A DNA stretch of 35,076 bases, from NCBI GenBank assembly GCA_049976425.1, contig JBMFIG010000015.1, forward strand, positions 1 to 35,076. Reading direction: 5' to 3'. The position numbers and the translations under genes are program-made. Under the pieces are notes generated by a model. The model was given only the letters and a program-made list of their open reading frames with translations, was not told the origin of the DNA and did no database searches. The DNA comes from Thermoproteus sp. (GTDB lineage Archaea > Thermoproteota > Thermoprotei > Thermoproteales > Thermoproteaceae). Of this stretch, positions 16,648 to 25,850 are shown in pieces (positions within the stretch are counted from its first letter, which is position 1; the number at the start of each line of letters is the position of its first letter).

Positions 16648-19600
16648 CTACTGCCGCATCAACACCTCCTGTAGGAACTCGGTGAACAGCTCGTCTAGGA
16701 CGGCGACGTAGTTCTTCCTCCCGTTCTCCACATCGTCCATATACTTCTCTATCAGCCTAGTCCTCTCCTCGCTGACCAGTTTGCCGTAGTTCTCCCTTAG
16801 GTATCTATAGATCTCTATACCTCTCTTGGTGGGGATCATGAACTTCCTCCTCCCTCTAACTACCACGTAGCCCCTCCGCGACAGCACCTCGAGTATCTTG
16901 GCATAGGTGCTGGGTCTGCCGATCCCTCTCTCCCTCATCATTCTGAGGACGTCGGCTTGCGAGAGGAGCTCCACGAGCCTCTTGGCGTATGCTATCTCTA
17001 CGTCGACCTCGCCCGTCGGCAGGCGCGGCTCCAGCTCCACCGATCTGTACTCGGCCAAGAATCCCTCGTTCTTAACTTCTACGACCCGCCTCACCTCGGC
17101 GTTAAAGCCGTCGAGCGAGAGCGCGTATCTAGCCACGACCACCTCGGCCTCGCGCATTTGGCTCGCCATGAATCTCCTGAATATGAGATCGTAGGCCGCG
17201 TAGTGGTTCCTCGTGAGTCTTATGGTCGGCTGTATCACGCCAGCCGCCACGAGGCCTCTAAGCTCCTCGGCGTCTATGGGCCTGGTGGGCCTGATCGCCT
17301 CGTGCGCTCCCTCCTCGCCGGCGCTCCAAGTCCTCGGCTTAAAGGCATCGGCGCCGTGGCGCCGTGTAACGTACTCCCTAGCCACGCCTATGCCGGTCGT
17401 CGAGATCCTGGTGCTGTCGGTGCGGTGGTATGTGATGAACCCGCTCTCGAACAGATCCTGCGCTATGTTCATGGCATCCTCCGCGCTTATGCCCAGCTTA
17501 TTCACCGCGTCGCGCATGTATTCGTCGGTGGTATACGGCGGCGGGGGCTGTATGGTCTCGGTCTTCTCCTCCAGCAGAGATATCCTCGCCTTTCTGTTTT
17601 CCCTAAGCGCTTTGTAGACGTCCTCGGGGAGGGCCAGCCTTATCTGTCCATCGCCTATCTTGAGCACCACGTCGAACTTGCGCTCCGCCTTGGAGTTCTC
17701 GTAGCGTTCTACTATCCAGCCGAGCACAGGCGTCTGGACTCTGCCGGCAGAGAGGAAGGCGAGGCCGTGGGCCTCCTGCACCTTCCTGCTTAAGCCAAAG
17801 CCGAGCCATCTATCCTCTATCCTCCTAACGATCTGGGCGGCGACCATCGAGAGGTTGACGTCTCTCGGCGACGCCAAGGCGTTCATAATAGCCCTCCTGG
17901 TCACCTCGTGGAACTCTATCCTCTTGATGAGCCCTACGTAGGGCCGCAATATTAGATATACGTCGTAGGCTATCTTCTCGCCTTCGGAGTCGGGGTCGGT
18001 GCCTAGGTAGACTGCGTCTACTTCGGCCGCGAGCTCCCTCAGCGTGGAGACCATGTCGAGGGGCTTACAGCCCTCAGGCACGTCGAGGTCGTCGACGAAG
18101 GAGCTTCCGGGGCACTTATATATCCTGTTGTATATGGGCACGTACCCCGCCTCTGTCTTGACCACGGAGTAGTCCATCGGGCTGTAGGGACCTGCCGCCA
18201 CAGGCTTCACGAGCCTCCAGATTTTCCTACGTTCGTCTTCGGCCACTCTCTGTAGGTTTGTGGGCAGCTCGTATATGTGGCCCATAGTGGCTATGACGGT
18301 CAACATGGAATCCCCTGTGGACACCTCGTAGGCCGGCATGCCGCCTATTATCAACATGTTGGGCCTCCCGAAGAAAGAGGCTATCGTCCTAGCCTTAGTT
18401 GGGGACTCGACCACCAGCAATATGCTTTTCATGAGATCCCTAGACGCGAGCTCCTCGGGCTTCAACATCCCCGATAGTATGCGCCTTATGTTCTCCCGGT
18501 CCTCATCGACGCTCTTCAAGATGCCGTCTAGGTCGGCCTTCGAGAGCTCCTCGAACCGCACGTCGTCGAATCTCAGCTCCATCTCTCTGATCAACGCGTT
18601 CAGCACCTTCTCGTCGTCGACAAGGACCACGCTGAGGCCTCTCGAGAGGCCTCCGGCGTAGAGGCGCGAGGTCCTCCCGCTTCCCTGTATATATGTCGTG
18701 ACGTCCGGCAGAAGGACATATAGCTGTTCTCCTATATAGGTCAATTTTATCTCCGTGGAGGTCTCTATGGCCTTCCTGATATCGTCCCGGCTCAGGAGAC
18801 TGGCGACGAACTCCACGGCCGATTTGGCGACGCCTAGGACGTACTCCTCGAAGGAGTTTGAGGCCCCCTCTTTCAATATTTTGTCAAGTCTGGCCGAATA
18901 GGGCGCTATGCGCCTCAGTTGCGCTATGAGTCTGTCGGCCCTGAACCTCAGATCTTGCGGCAGGATAGCCCTGACGTTGTAGAGGAAGCTCAAGAAAGCC
19001 GGCACGGAGAACTCGTCCAGCTTGACCCTGAACTTATACTTGGGTATCCCCACGAACACGACGTACCTTATCACGTGGGGCAGATCTATGCCTCTGACCA
19101 GCGCAGATCTAGGCGACGCCAGCCCCACCAAGACAGAGAGCTGGCCTTGCTCGAAGGCCTCCAAGACCTTCCTCCTCGGCCTGAAGAAGTGCTCCGCCTT
19201 GATGCCGGAGGCTTGGAGATGCTGGACAAGATCCTTGCCGAAGTCCTTGTCGAGCACGTAGATTATGCCCCCTCCTCCCAGCCTCTTGACGAGCTCCGCC
19301 ACCTGCGTCTTGGGATCCTCGGCCATCTTCGCGTAGAGGTCGTATACGTTCCTCAGACCCTCGGCCCTCCCCCCTACGTCGAACCCCAAGATCTCTCTGA
19401 ACAGGAGCAACCGCGCCGTGCGTCTGGCCTTGGCGAGGGCGCCCGACGCCACGAAGACTCCAAGCCTCAACTCCGCCTTCATCCTCCTCAACTCCTCTCT
19501 GGCCTTCTCGATCTCCCGCTCTATCCTCTCGGCCTCCTTCTCATCGCCGGCCAGCACCGCCTTGCCCCTCTTCTTGCCCAGTTCTATGAGCTCGAAGGCC

Positions 19601-20322
19601 TTGCCGAGCACCTCGTCGGTGGCGCCCAGCAACTTGAGCAACCGCTCTATGTTCTTGCTGGTGGCCCTCAATACGCTGTCCACGTCGTCGGTGGCTACGA
19701 AGGCGAATTTATGCCTCGCCAAAAGCTCGAAGTACTTGGGGAGAAACGCGGAGGTTATGACCAGTATATCGAAATCCCCCGCCTCGATCCTCTTGAGAGC
19801 CTCCTCCCTCTCCTGGGGCTTGAGCATCGTGTTGTACGTCACTATTCTCGGGGCGAGGCCGGCGCGGGAGGAATAGTCTAGTAGCTTCTTGTAGGCTTGA
19901 TAGGCCAGCGCCGATGTGGGGAACACCAGCAACGCCTTGCCTCGGCTTGTCATATACAGCGCCGATATGAGGAGGAAGGTAGTCTTGCCGGAGCCGGTCG
20001 GCGCAACTACGGCGAAGCTCTTGCCGGCGGCCAGACGCCTAGCCCACAGCCTCTGCGCCCCCCACATGCGGAATCCCACCACCTTCTCGAAAAGGTTCGC
20101 GATTTCCTCGTACCTCCTCAAGACGTCGGCCAGAGGCGCCAGACCCCGCAACGCGTTCCGCCGCCTTAGATTCTCTATGACCCGTCTGATGTCGCCTCCG
20201 GCGACTTCTCCCGGGAGGCATTCGGAGCAGGGAAGCCCTTCGGCGAGTCTATACGACTCTACGGCGCCTCCGCAGTTGGGACAGCTGTGTAGGTACAGAG
20301 CAGGAAGAGCGCGGAAGTCCAC
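16648..20322 (-). CDS. rgy: Reverse gyrase
   Basis: N-terminal CPNC..CSEC Zn finger, SF2 helicase motifs APTGSGKT/DDVD/QGSGRTSR, Toprim VESPTKA and DPDSEGE, topoisomerase IA active site GFITYHRTD, GRPSTY. Confidence 0.97.
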   Translation of the reverse strand: MDFRALPALYLHSCPNCGGAVESYRLAEGLPCSECLPGEVAGGDIRRVIENLRRRNALRGLAPLADVLRRYEEIANLFEKVVGFRMWGAQRLWARRLAAGKSFAVVAPTGSGKTTFLLISALYMTSRGKALLVFPTSALAYQAYKKLLDYSSRAGLAPRIVTYNTMLKPQEREEALKRIEAGDFDILVITSAFLPKYFELLARHKFAFVATDDVDSVLRATSKNIERLLKLLGATDEVLGKAFELIELGKKRGKAVLAGDEKEAERIEREIEKAREELRRMKAELRLGVFVASGALAKARRTARLLLFREILGFDVGGRAEGLRNVYDLYAKMAEDPKTQVAELVKRLGGGGIIYVLDKDFGKDLVQHLQASGIKAEHFFRPRRKVLEAFEQGQLSVLVGLASPRSALVRGIDLPHVIRYVVFVGIPKYKFRVKLDEFSVPAFLSFLYNVRAILPQDLRFRADRLIAQLRRIAPYSARLDKILKEGASNSFEEYVLGVAKSAVEFVASLLSRDDIRKAIETSTEIKLTYIGEQLYVLLPDVTTYIQGSGRTSRLYAGGLSRGLSVVLVDDEKVLNALIREMELRFDDVRFEELSKADLDGILKSVDEDRENIRRILSGMLKPEELASRDLMKSILLVVESPTKARTIASFFGRPNMLIIGGMPAYEVSTGDSMLTVIATMGHIYELPTNLQRVAEDERRKIWRLVKPVAAGPYSPMDYSVVKTEAGYVPIYNRIYKCPGSSFVDDLDVPEGCKPLDMVSTLRELAAEVDAVYLGTDPDSEGEKIAYDVYLILRPYVGLIKRIEFHEVTRRAIMNALASPRDVNLSMVAAQIVRRIEDRWLGFGLSRKVQEAHGLAFLSAGRVQTPVLGWIVERYENSKAERKFDVVLKIGDGQIRLALPEDVYKALRENRKARISLLEEKTETIQPPPPYTTDEYMRDAVNKLGISAEDAMNIAQDLFESGFITYHRTDSTRISTTGIGVAREYVTRRHGADAFKPRTWSAGEEGAHEAIRPTRPIDAEELRGLVAAGVIQPTIRLTRNHYAAYDLIFRRFMASQMREAEVVVARYALSLDGFNAEVRRVVEVKNEGFLAEYRSVELEPRLPTGEVDVEIAYAKRLVELLSQADVLRMMRERGIGRPSTYAKILEVLSRRGYVVVRGRRKFMIPTKRGIEIYRYLRENYGKLVSEERTRLIEKYMDDVENGRKNYVAVLDELFTEFLQEVLMRQ

Positions 20323-20350
20323 TGAGATAATTGCGGGTATAAAAAGGGAT

Positions 20351-21241
20351 CTATCTCTTGAGCTCGCTCACCTTCTTTATCAATATCGGGACGATCTTGT
20401 AGAGGTCCTCCACCACGCCGTAGTCGGCGTATTGGAATATCGGGGCGCTCGGGTCGCTGTTTATCGCCGCGATTATGCGCGAGTCGAGTATGCCCGCTAT
20501 GTGTTGGGGCTGGCCGGATATGCCTATCGCCAAGTAGAGCTTCGGCCTCACCTTATGGCCCGACAAGCCCACCCAGTGGTCCTCCGACAGCCACTTGAGA
20601 TCTGCCGCTATAGGCCTCGAACAGCCCACCTGGCCGCCGAGCGCCTTGGCCAAGTCGAACGCAAGCGCTAGATCCTCCTTCTTCTTGAAGCCCCTGCCGG
20701 CGGATACTATTATCTCGGCCTCCTCTATCTTGACGCCGCCCGACGCCTTAGGCTCCACGCTCGATATCTTGAAGAGCTGTGCCGGTTGGGGCGACAGCTC
20801 GACTATCTTGGACTGGGCCTTGGGTAGCTCCCCCATGAATTTGCCAGGGGCTATCGTCAAGATCGCCGGGACGGATAGCCGCAGAACCGCCACGGCCTTA
20901 TTGCCGAACACGTACCTCTCGACCACGAGCTTGTCGCCTTCTTGCCTAAGCGATGTCACGTCGGTCGCAAAGGGGGCGCCTAGCCTCTGCGCTATGTACC
21001 CGCCCAGAGTCTTGGAGTCCTTATGGGAGGGCATCACGACTACGTCGTAGTCCTTCGCAAGCTGGAGGACGGCGGAGATCCTCAGCCCCAGATCCCTCGG
21101 ATCGCCCTTGACGAAGTACACTACCGGGGTCCCCTCGGCGCTTTTCAGCTCGGCATCGCCTACAGCGAGGGCCGCGTACTCGCCAATGGCTGAGGCTGCG
21201 TAGAGCGCCTCTCTGTTTGGGTATACGACTAGCGCCTTCAT
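20351..21241 (-). CDS. etfA: Electron transfer flavoprotein alpha subunit
   Basis: IIVSAGRG, GCSRP, VGLSG, GISGQPQH, AINSDPSAPIF..ADYG. Confidence 0.93.
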   Translation of the reverse strand: MKALVVYPNREALYAASAIGEYAALAVGDAELKSAEGTPVVYFVKGDPRDLGLRISAVLQLAKDYDVVVMPSHKDSKTLGGYIAQRLGAPFATDVTSLRQEGDKLVVERYVFGNKAVAVLRLSVPAILTIAPGKFMGELPKAQSKIVELSPQPAQLFKISSVEPKASGGVKIEEAEIIVSAGRGFKKKEDLALAFDLAKALGGQVGCSRPIAADLKWLSEDHWVGLSGHKVRPKLYLAIGISGQPQHIAGILDSRIIAAINSDPSAPIFQYADYGVVEDLYKIVPILIKKVSELKR

Positions 21242-22014
21242 ATCACCCCTTCCTGTCTTAGGTATTGAAGTAGTTTGTCTGCCTTCTCCTCGGGCGTCCC
21301 GTCCTTGATTATCACCCTCTTGCGCTGGATCACCACGGGCCTATACTCCACGAGCTCGGCCCTCGGCTCCGGCTTCAGCCCCAGATCGGCTAGGCCGAGC
21401 TTGTTCACCGGCTTCTTCATGGCGGCCCTAATGGCCAGTAGGGTCGGTATACGGGGCTGGTTTATCTCGCGCGTCACCGAGATCACGGCCGGCGGCTGGA
21501 CCTCGGTGATCTCTACGGAATCCTCGAGATCCCTCCTGGCTATTATCCTCCCGCCCTCGGCCTTTATCTCCCTTACGTATGTTAGGAGGGGCCAGCCTAG
21601 CTCCGCCGCCACTCGCGGCGGCACCTCGCCAGTGTAGTTATCTATAGAGGCCTCCGCCGCGAGGACTAGATCGGCCCCCACTTTCTTAACCACTGCGGCT
21701 ATGGCCCTGGCGGTGGTGGTCTGGTCGGCGTTTATAAGGCCTTCGTCCGCCACCAGATACGCCTCGTCAAGCCCCATGGCCAACGCCTCGCGCAACAGGT
21801 TCTCGGCCTCCTGCGCCCTCCTCTGTAGAGGGGGCCATTTCAGAACCGAGACCGCATACGCCTTGTCGCCTCCCTTCAGCTTGAGGGCCTCCTCTATGGC
21901 GTTTCGGTCTATGTCGTTGATCTTCAGAGGAGTTTCCTCGACTACGACTCGCCCCTCTCTGACTCTGAGTTGGCTTGTGTCGAGCGCGGGCTTTACCAAT
22001 ACAGCTATTTTCAT
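21238..22014 (-). CDS. etfB: Electron transfer flavoprotein beta subunit
   Basis: INDIDRNAIEEAL, REALAMGLD, NQPRIPTL; ATGA-coupled to etfA. Confidence 0.93.
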   Translation of the reverse strand: MKIAVLVKPALDTSQLRVREGRVVVEETPLKINDIDRNAIEEALKLKGGDKAYAVSVLKWPPLQRRAQEAENLLREALAMGLDEAYLVADEGLINADQTTTARAIAAVVKKVGADLVLAAEASIDNYTGEVPPRVAAELGWPLLTYVREIKAEGGRIIARRDLEDSVEITEVQPPAVISVTREINQPRIPTLLAIRAAMKKPVNKLGLADLGLKPEPRAELVEYRPVVIQRKRVIIKDGTPEEKADKLLQYLRQEGVI

Positions 22015-22079
22015 CAAGGCCGATATGACTCCGATATTTAATTATATCCCTCGACTTGGCGAGATGTCTATTACGCCCG

Positions 22080-23156
22080 TCAAGCGGAGCGCCAGCCCAA
22101 GACGCCTTTCAGATAGTCGTCGAGATACGGCACGACCCTCATTCCGGCGCCCAGAGCCTTGCCTATCAGCGAGGGCCCGTGCACCACATCGCCGGCGGCG
22201 AACACGCCCTTCCTCGTGGTCCTGAACGCCTCGTCGACGTTGATGGTGCCGTCCGGGTTCAGCTTGATGCCGGCGCAACCGTCGGGGAACGGAGGGGTCG
22301 GCTCCTCGCCGAGCGCTAGAAGGACTGTGTCGAACTCCTCGGCGAACTCGCTGCCCGGCACGGGCTCAGGCCTCGGCCTCCCCGATCTATCCGGCGCGCC
22401 CAGCCTCATTCTGACGAACACGGCCCTCTCCAATTTTCCCGATCCCTCGAAGCGTACGGGGTTTATCAACTCTCTGAACTCTATCCCCCTATCTATGAGC
22501 TCTTTCTTTATGTTGGACTCGCCGGCCGGAGCCTCCTTTATGGTGCGTCTGTACGACACGACGACCTTCTTCGCTCCGTGCATCAGAGCCTCGACCGCCG
22601 CATCTATGGCGGTCAGCCCTCCTCCCACCACGAGGACTTTGGAGCCTAGAGGATACGTCTTCTCTTTGGGCAGATAGCCCAGCTCGTGTGAGTAGAGCCT
22701 GAAGAGGAAGTCCAGCGCTTGGTAGACGCCCGGCAGCTCCTCTCCGGGGATGCCCATGCGGCGGCTCCGCCAAGTGCCGGTCGCTATGACCACCGCGTCG
22801 TAGCTATTGATTATCTCGTTGAGATCTGCGAATTGCTTGGCGAGCAACAAAGCGTCGTGCTCCCTGGGCTTCTCCCCGCCGCAGTAAACAAAAGTAGAGG
22901 TGAAGAACTTAACGCCGACCTGCCTCAGCTCCTCGACGCCCTCCCTCACGCCTTCCTTAGAGACGCGGAAGCCGGGTATGCCGAATATGAGGAGGCCTCC
23001 GGGCTCCGGCAAGGCGTCGTAGACGTGCACCTCGTGGCCCAGACACCTTATCTGTCCAGCGGCGCCGAGGCCGGCGGGTCCCGCCCCTATTATGGCAACC
23101 CTCTTCCCGGTAGGCGGCTTTATTGTGTTGGGCTTGCACCGCAACAGGAACTTCAT
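22080..23156 (-). CDS. FAD/NAD(P)H oxidoreductase, GltD-like, lacking the N-terminal Fe-S domain
   Basis: IIGAGPAGL, GGLLIFGIPGFR, VVGGGLTAID, SYRR, FAAGD; 358 aa. Confidence 0.88.
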   Translation of the reverse strand: MKFLLRCKPNTIKPPTGKRVAIIGAGPAGLGAAGQIRCLGHEVHVYDALPEPGGLLIFGIPGFRVSKEGVREGVEELRQVGVKFFTSTFVYCGGEKPREHDALLLAKQFADLNEIINSYDAVVIATGTWRSRRMGIPGEELPGVYQALDFLFRLYSHELGYLPKEKTYPLGSKVLVVGGGLTAIDAAVEALMHGAKKVVVSYRRTIKEAPAGESNIKKELIDRGIEFRELINPVRFEGSGKLERAVFVRMRLGAPDRSGRPRPEPVPGSEFAEEFDTVLLALGEEPTPPFPDGCAGIKLNPDGTINVDEAFRTTRKGVFAAGDVVHGPSLIGKALGAGMRVVPYLDDYLKGVLGWRSA

Positions 23157-23187
23157 ATTTAAAGCGGAATCGGGCCGTTAATATCTT

Positions 23188-23757
23188 TTACCTACGTCCC
23201 GAGGCACATAAATTCTTGGAAAATTTAGCCGAAAGCGCCGTGCACACGAAGTCGAGGGTTATCCTCACAACGTCGGCTTGAGACAGATAGGTGGTGTCTA
23301 TAACCAGATCGAAGGGGGCGAGATCGGCTATATCGATATTGTAGATCTGTTTATACCGTCGCCTGTTCAACTCCTCCCGCTCGACTATCTCCCTCAGAGC
23401 CTCCTCGAAGGTCCGTCCGTCCCTCAAGGCCACCCGCCTGGCTCTGACCTCCGGAGCCCCCTTTAAGTATATACAGATATCTGCATAGGGCCTAACAACC
23501 CAGGCGGTCAGATGTCCCTCCAAAACGGCGTTCCCCATCTTGGCCTCCTCCACAGCCATAGCGTCCACCTCCCTATCTATCTCTGGATGCGCCTCGGCGT
23601 ATTTGTGGAACTCTATCAACTCCATCCCGTATTTCTTGGCCAACTCTCTGAAGAGAACGCCGGACGATCTCAGCCTAAGCCCCAAAACCCTTGCGATCTC
23701 CTTTGCGACCGTGGTCTTGCCCGAGCCGGGCTGGCCCGAAATGGCTATAACCACCAT
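23188..23757 (-). CDS. cmk: Cytidylate kinase (archaeal type)
   Basis: ISGQPGSGKTT, VLEGHL, RRRYKQIYNIDI..DLVIDT; follows rpl34e with a TAATG overlap. Confidence 0.92.
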   Translation of the reverse strand: MVVIAISGQPGSGKTTVAKEIARVLGLRLRSSGVLFRELAKKYGMELIEFHKYAEAHPEIDREVDAMAVEEAKMGNAVLEGHLTAWVVRPYADICIYLKGAPEVRARRVALRDGRTFEEALREIVEREELNRRRYKQIYNIDIADLAPFDLVIDTTYLSQADVVRITLDFVCTALSAKFSKNLCASGRR

Positions 23758-24011
23758 TACGATCTGACCGCGAGCCGCAGGGCCCGTTCGAGGACTTTAT
23801 GAGAGACGTAGCCGCCGTAGGGCCTAGACGGCGGCCTGAACCCCCCTCGCTCTGTTTTCACCATTTTGCCAACGCCTTGTATGGGCTCCCCGGTTACGGC
23901 GTCTTTAGGCGGCGAGGCGAACCTCTTGTAGTAATGGACCACAGTGCGGCCGCCCGGCGTCCTCCTCTGGACCCTCCGGAGAGATCTAGAACGCAGAGCT
24001 GGCCTAACCAT
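23757..24011 (-). CDS. rpl34e: Ribosomal protein L34e (Cys-free)
   Basis: From ATG 24011: MVRPALRSRSLRRVQRRTPGGRTVVHY..RPYGGY; 84 aa, the C-terminal part of the spurious 381-aa ORF. Confidence 0.93.
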   Translation of the reverse strand: MVRPALRSRSLRRVQRRTPGGRTVVHYYKRFASPPKDAVTGEPIQGVGKMVKTERGGFRPPSRPYGGYVSHKVLERALRLAVRS

Positions 24012-24137
24012 AGGAGGCTGGGTTAAGGCGGTTAAAAACATTACTGCGGGCATTGGATCTGTTGGCCGTCTGGGGTTTTCATCGGAAGCTGAAATAGAGG
24101 ACCTTAACTTATCTGACTTAGAGGAGATGATGTGTAC

Positions 24138-25556
24138 ATGGGCTCTAGAGTCTACATCTTGATAACCGTCGCGGCCCTCGGCCTGGCCGCCTCGCTGGCC
24201 TACCTCACTTGGCCCACGACGTTTGCGACGCCTTTCTTCTCCGTCTCGTATCAAAACAATTTGGTCCAACGCATAACGCTCAGGGTTGCCAACTGGAGCG
24301 GGTACCCTACCTATTTCTGCGCCTCTATATACGGCTGGCTCCCCAACGAATCCTTCATGTTCATTGACGTAAAGTGCGGGCTCGGCTCCGTGGAGCTTAA
24401 CGAGACGGCGTTGAGGAGATACGCCGAGTATTGGCGCGGCGCGGCCGGCCAGATCGGCGTCTTCGTCTTTCTCACATATGTCAACGGAACCAAGGGAGGG
24501 AGCTATACGCTGGGGAGGGCGGTGAAAGGGTTCCTGATAGATCCCAAAAGGGTGCTGGCCGGGCAATCCTTGACGGCAACGATATACGTGAGGGGCAAAC
24601 CGCCGAACCTCTCCACAGATTTCCACTTCGGCCCTACCTCGACCGCTGCGGCGCCTGCGTCGACGCAGTTCCAGAGCTGGCCCCCTCCCACTATAGATAC
24701 GGGATACTATGTCTGGTTCCTCAACACGGTATACGCCGAAGCCGCGGACACGCCTGTGCCCGTAATAGTCGTGAGGGTGGCAGATCCATTCTCGGCTTCG
24801 ATGATATACGGTGTGGCTATGTATTTTGAAGTATCCACGTCGCAAAGTACCGAGATCTATTTCAACGGGGGTGCCGAGGTTGTGTATAATGGAATTACAC
24901 AAGGTTTTGAATCAGATATATATTCTTTCAGTATTTATCAAAACGGCCAGGCCGTGTCGGCAGCGGCGACTTACTACCCAAGCAATCAAGGTCCCGGCGT
25001 AGCCGCGGTCGGCTTCTACGGCGATTACGCCATAGCTAACTACACAGAATACGAGGTGTATCCCGACGGCAGGATTTCGCCGACCGGCTACTCGGTAATA
25101 CTCTACGTCATAAGGCCAACTGGCGGGGGAGGAATAGTGGGTTATAGCGAGGTTGATGCTGGTGCTTCCTTCAGCACCTCGCGGCTCAATAACTTAATGA
25201 GCCAAGTGTCTGCCTATTGGACGCCCGAATATGTATACGGTACCGGGCCCGCTCTCGCTGTGGATTCATGGTCGCTTGTTCAAGATCAAGAAGGTATACC
25301 TATATTTAGTTTAGCAATACCAATAGTTGAGACTAGACTATTAGAACAGAATCTCAACTTAGCTACTGGCTTAGGCGCCAACATAAATGGCGTATATATT
25401 GGATATACCACCGCGTCGTTTGTCTACGGCGTTTCTTCACAGTACTTTTTAGTTGGGAAGTATTACATACCGGCGACTAAATATGAGTACAATGGTGTAT
25501 ATTACCCCATACCCTCTATGTTTATAGATGTATATGTAGGAGAGGGTACTACTTAG
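24138..25556 (+). CDS. Hypothetical exported/surface protein
   Basis: N-terminal hydrophobic segment; rich in Tyr/Ser/Thr/Gly and poor in charged residues; sequons NWS, NES, NET, NGT, NLS, NYT. Start ATG 24138 or GTG 24132. Confidence 0.75.
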   Translation: MGSRVYILITVAALGLAASLAYLTWPTTFATPFFSVSYQNNLVQRITLRVANWSGYPTYFCASIYGWLPNESFMFIDVKCGLGSVELNETALRRYAEYWRGAAGQIGVFVFLTYVNGTKGGSYTLGRAVKGFLIDPKRVLAGQSLTATIYVRGKPPNLSTDFHFGPTSTAAAPASTQFQSWPPPTIDTGYYVWFLNTVYAEAADTPVPVIVVRVADPFSASMIYGVAMYFEVSTSQSTEIYFNGGAEVVYNGITQGFESDIYSFSIYQNGQAVSAAATYYPSNQGPGVAAVGFYGDYAIANYTEYEVYPDGRISPTGYSVILYVIRPTGGGGIVGYSEVDAGASFSTSRLNNLMSQVSAYWTPEYVYGTGPALAVDSWSLVQDQEGIPIFSLAIPIVETRLLEQNLNLATGLGANINGVYIGYTTASFVYGVSSQYFLVGKYYIPATKYEYNGVYYPIPSMFIDVYVGEGTT

Positions 25557-25577
25557 AAATTATAAAGATATCTTTAT

Positions 25578-25850
25578 TTAGTTATTGTTTTTATTAAAAC
25601 TATATATCGGTACGGCATTAGAGATAGGGTACCATCGGCGTTGACGGTTGCCGCCCAAGTCCTCTGTGCAGTATATATAATAGCTGTAGGGCCTTGTCGG
25701 AGGGAAACCGTTGTATCCTTGAGTCCCTCGAATGCCTTGTATCGGCTCGCTGGCGATGGCGTCCTTGGGCGGCGGCGCGAAGCATCTACGGTAGATAGGT
25801 TCTACACGGCCGCCCGGCGCCCTCCGCCAGGTTTCGCGGCTTGGCTTAAT
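25578..25850 (-). pseudogene. Degenerate second copy of rpl34e (no canonical start codon near its 5' end)
   Basis: The minus frame reads IKPSRETWRRAPGGRVEPIYRRCFAPPPKDAIASEPIQGI..GFPPTRPYSYY, colinear with L34e RRTPGGRTVVHYYKRFASPPKDAVTGEPIQGV..GFRPPSRPYGGY. Recognisable similarity spans about 25675-25850. Confidence 0.8.

Noticed and set aside
16907-20671. Several long plus-strand ORFs (up to 320 aa) opposite rgy, and similar shadows across the window
   Set aside because: Expected antisense ORFs in GC-rich coding DNA; no motifs, and they overlap well-supported genes on the opposite strand.
24050-24090. Possible minus-strand C/D box sRNA (CGATGA..CAGA)
   Set aside because: Boxes are degenerate, no C'/D pair follows, and the putative guide mismatches the recalled 16S sequence.
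23757-24902. 381-aa minus-strand ORF
   Set aside because: Only the last 84 codons (rpl34e) are credible; the rest is antisense to the exported-protein gene.
25750-25830. Long nested GC-rich hairpin (CTGGCG/CGCCAG, GGGCGGC/GCCGCCC) suggesting an ncRNA
   Set aside because: It lies inside the rpl34e-derived remnant, whose Gly/Arg and Pro/Ala codons explain the complementarity.
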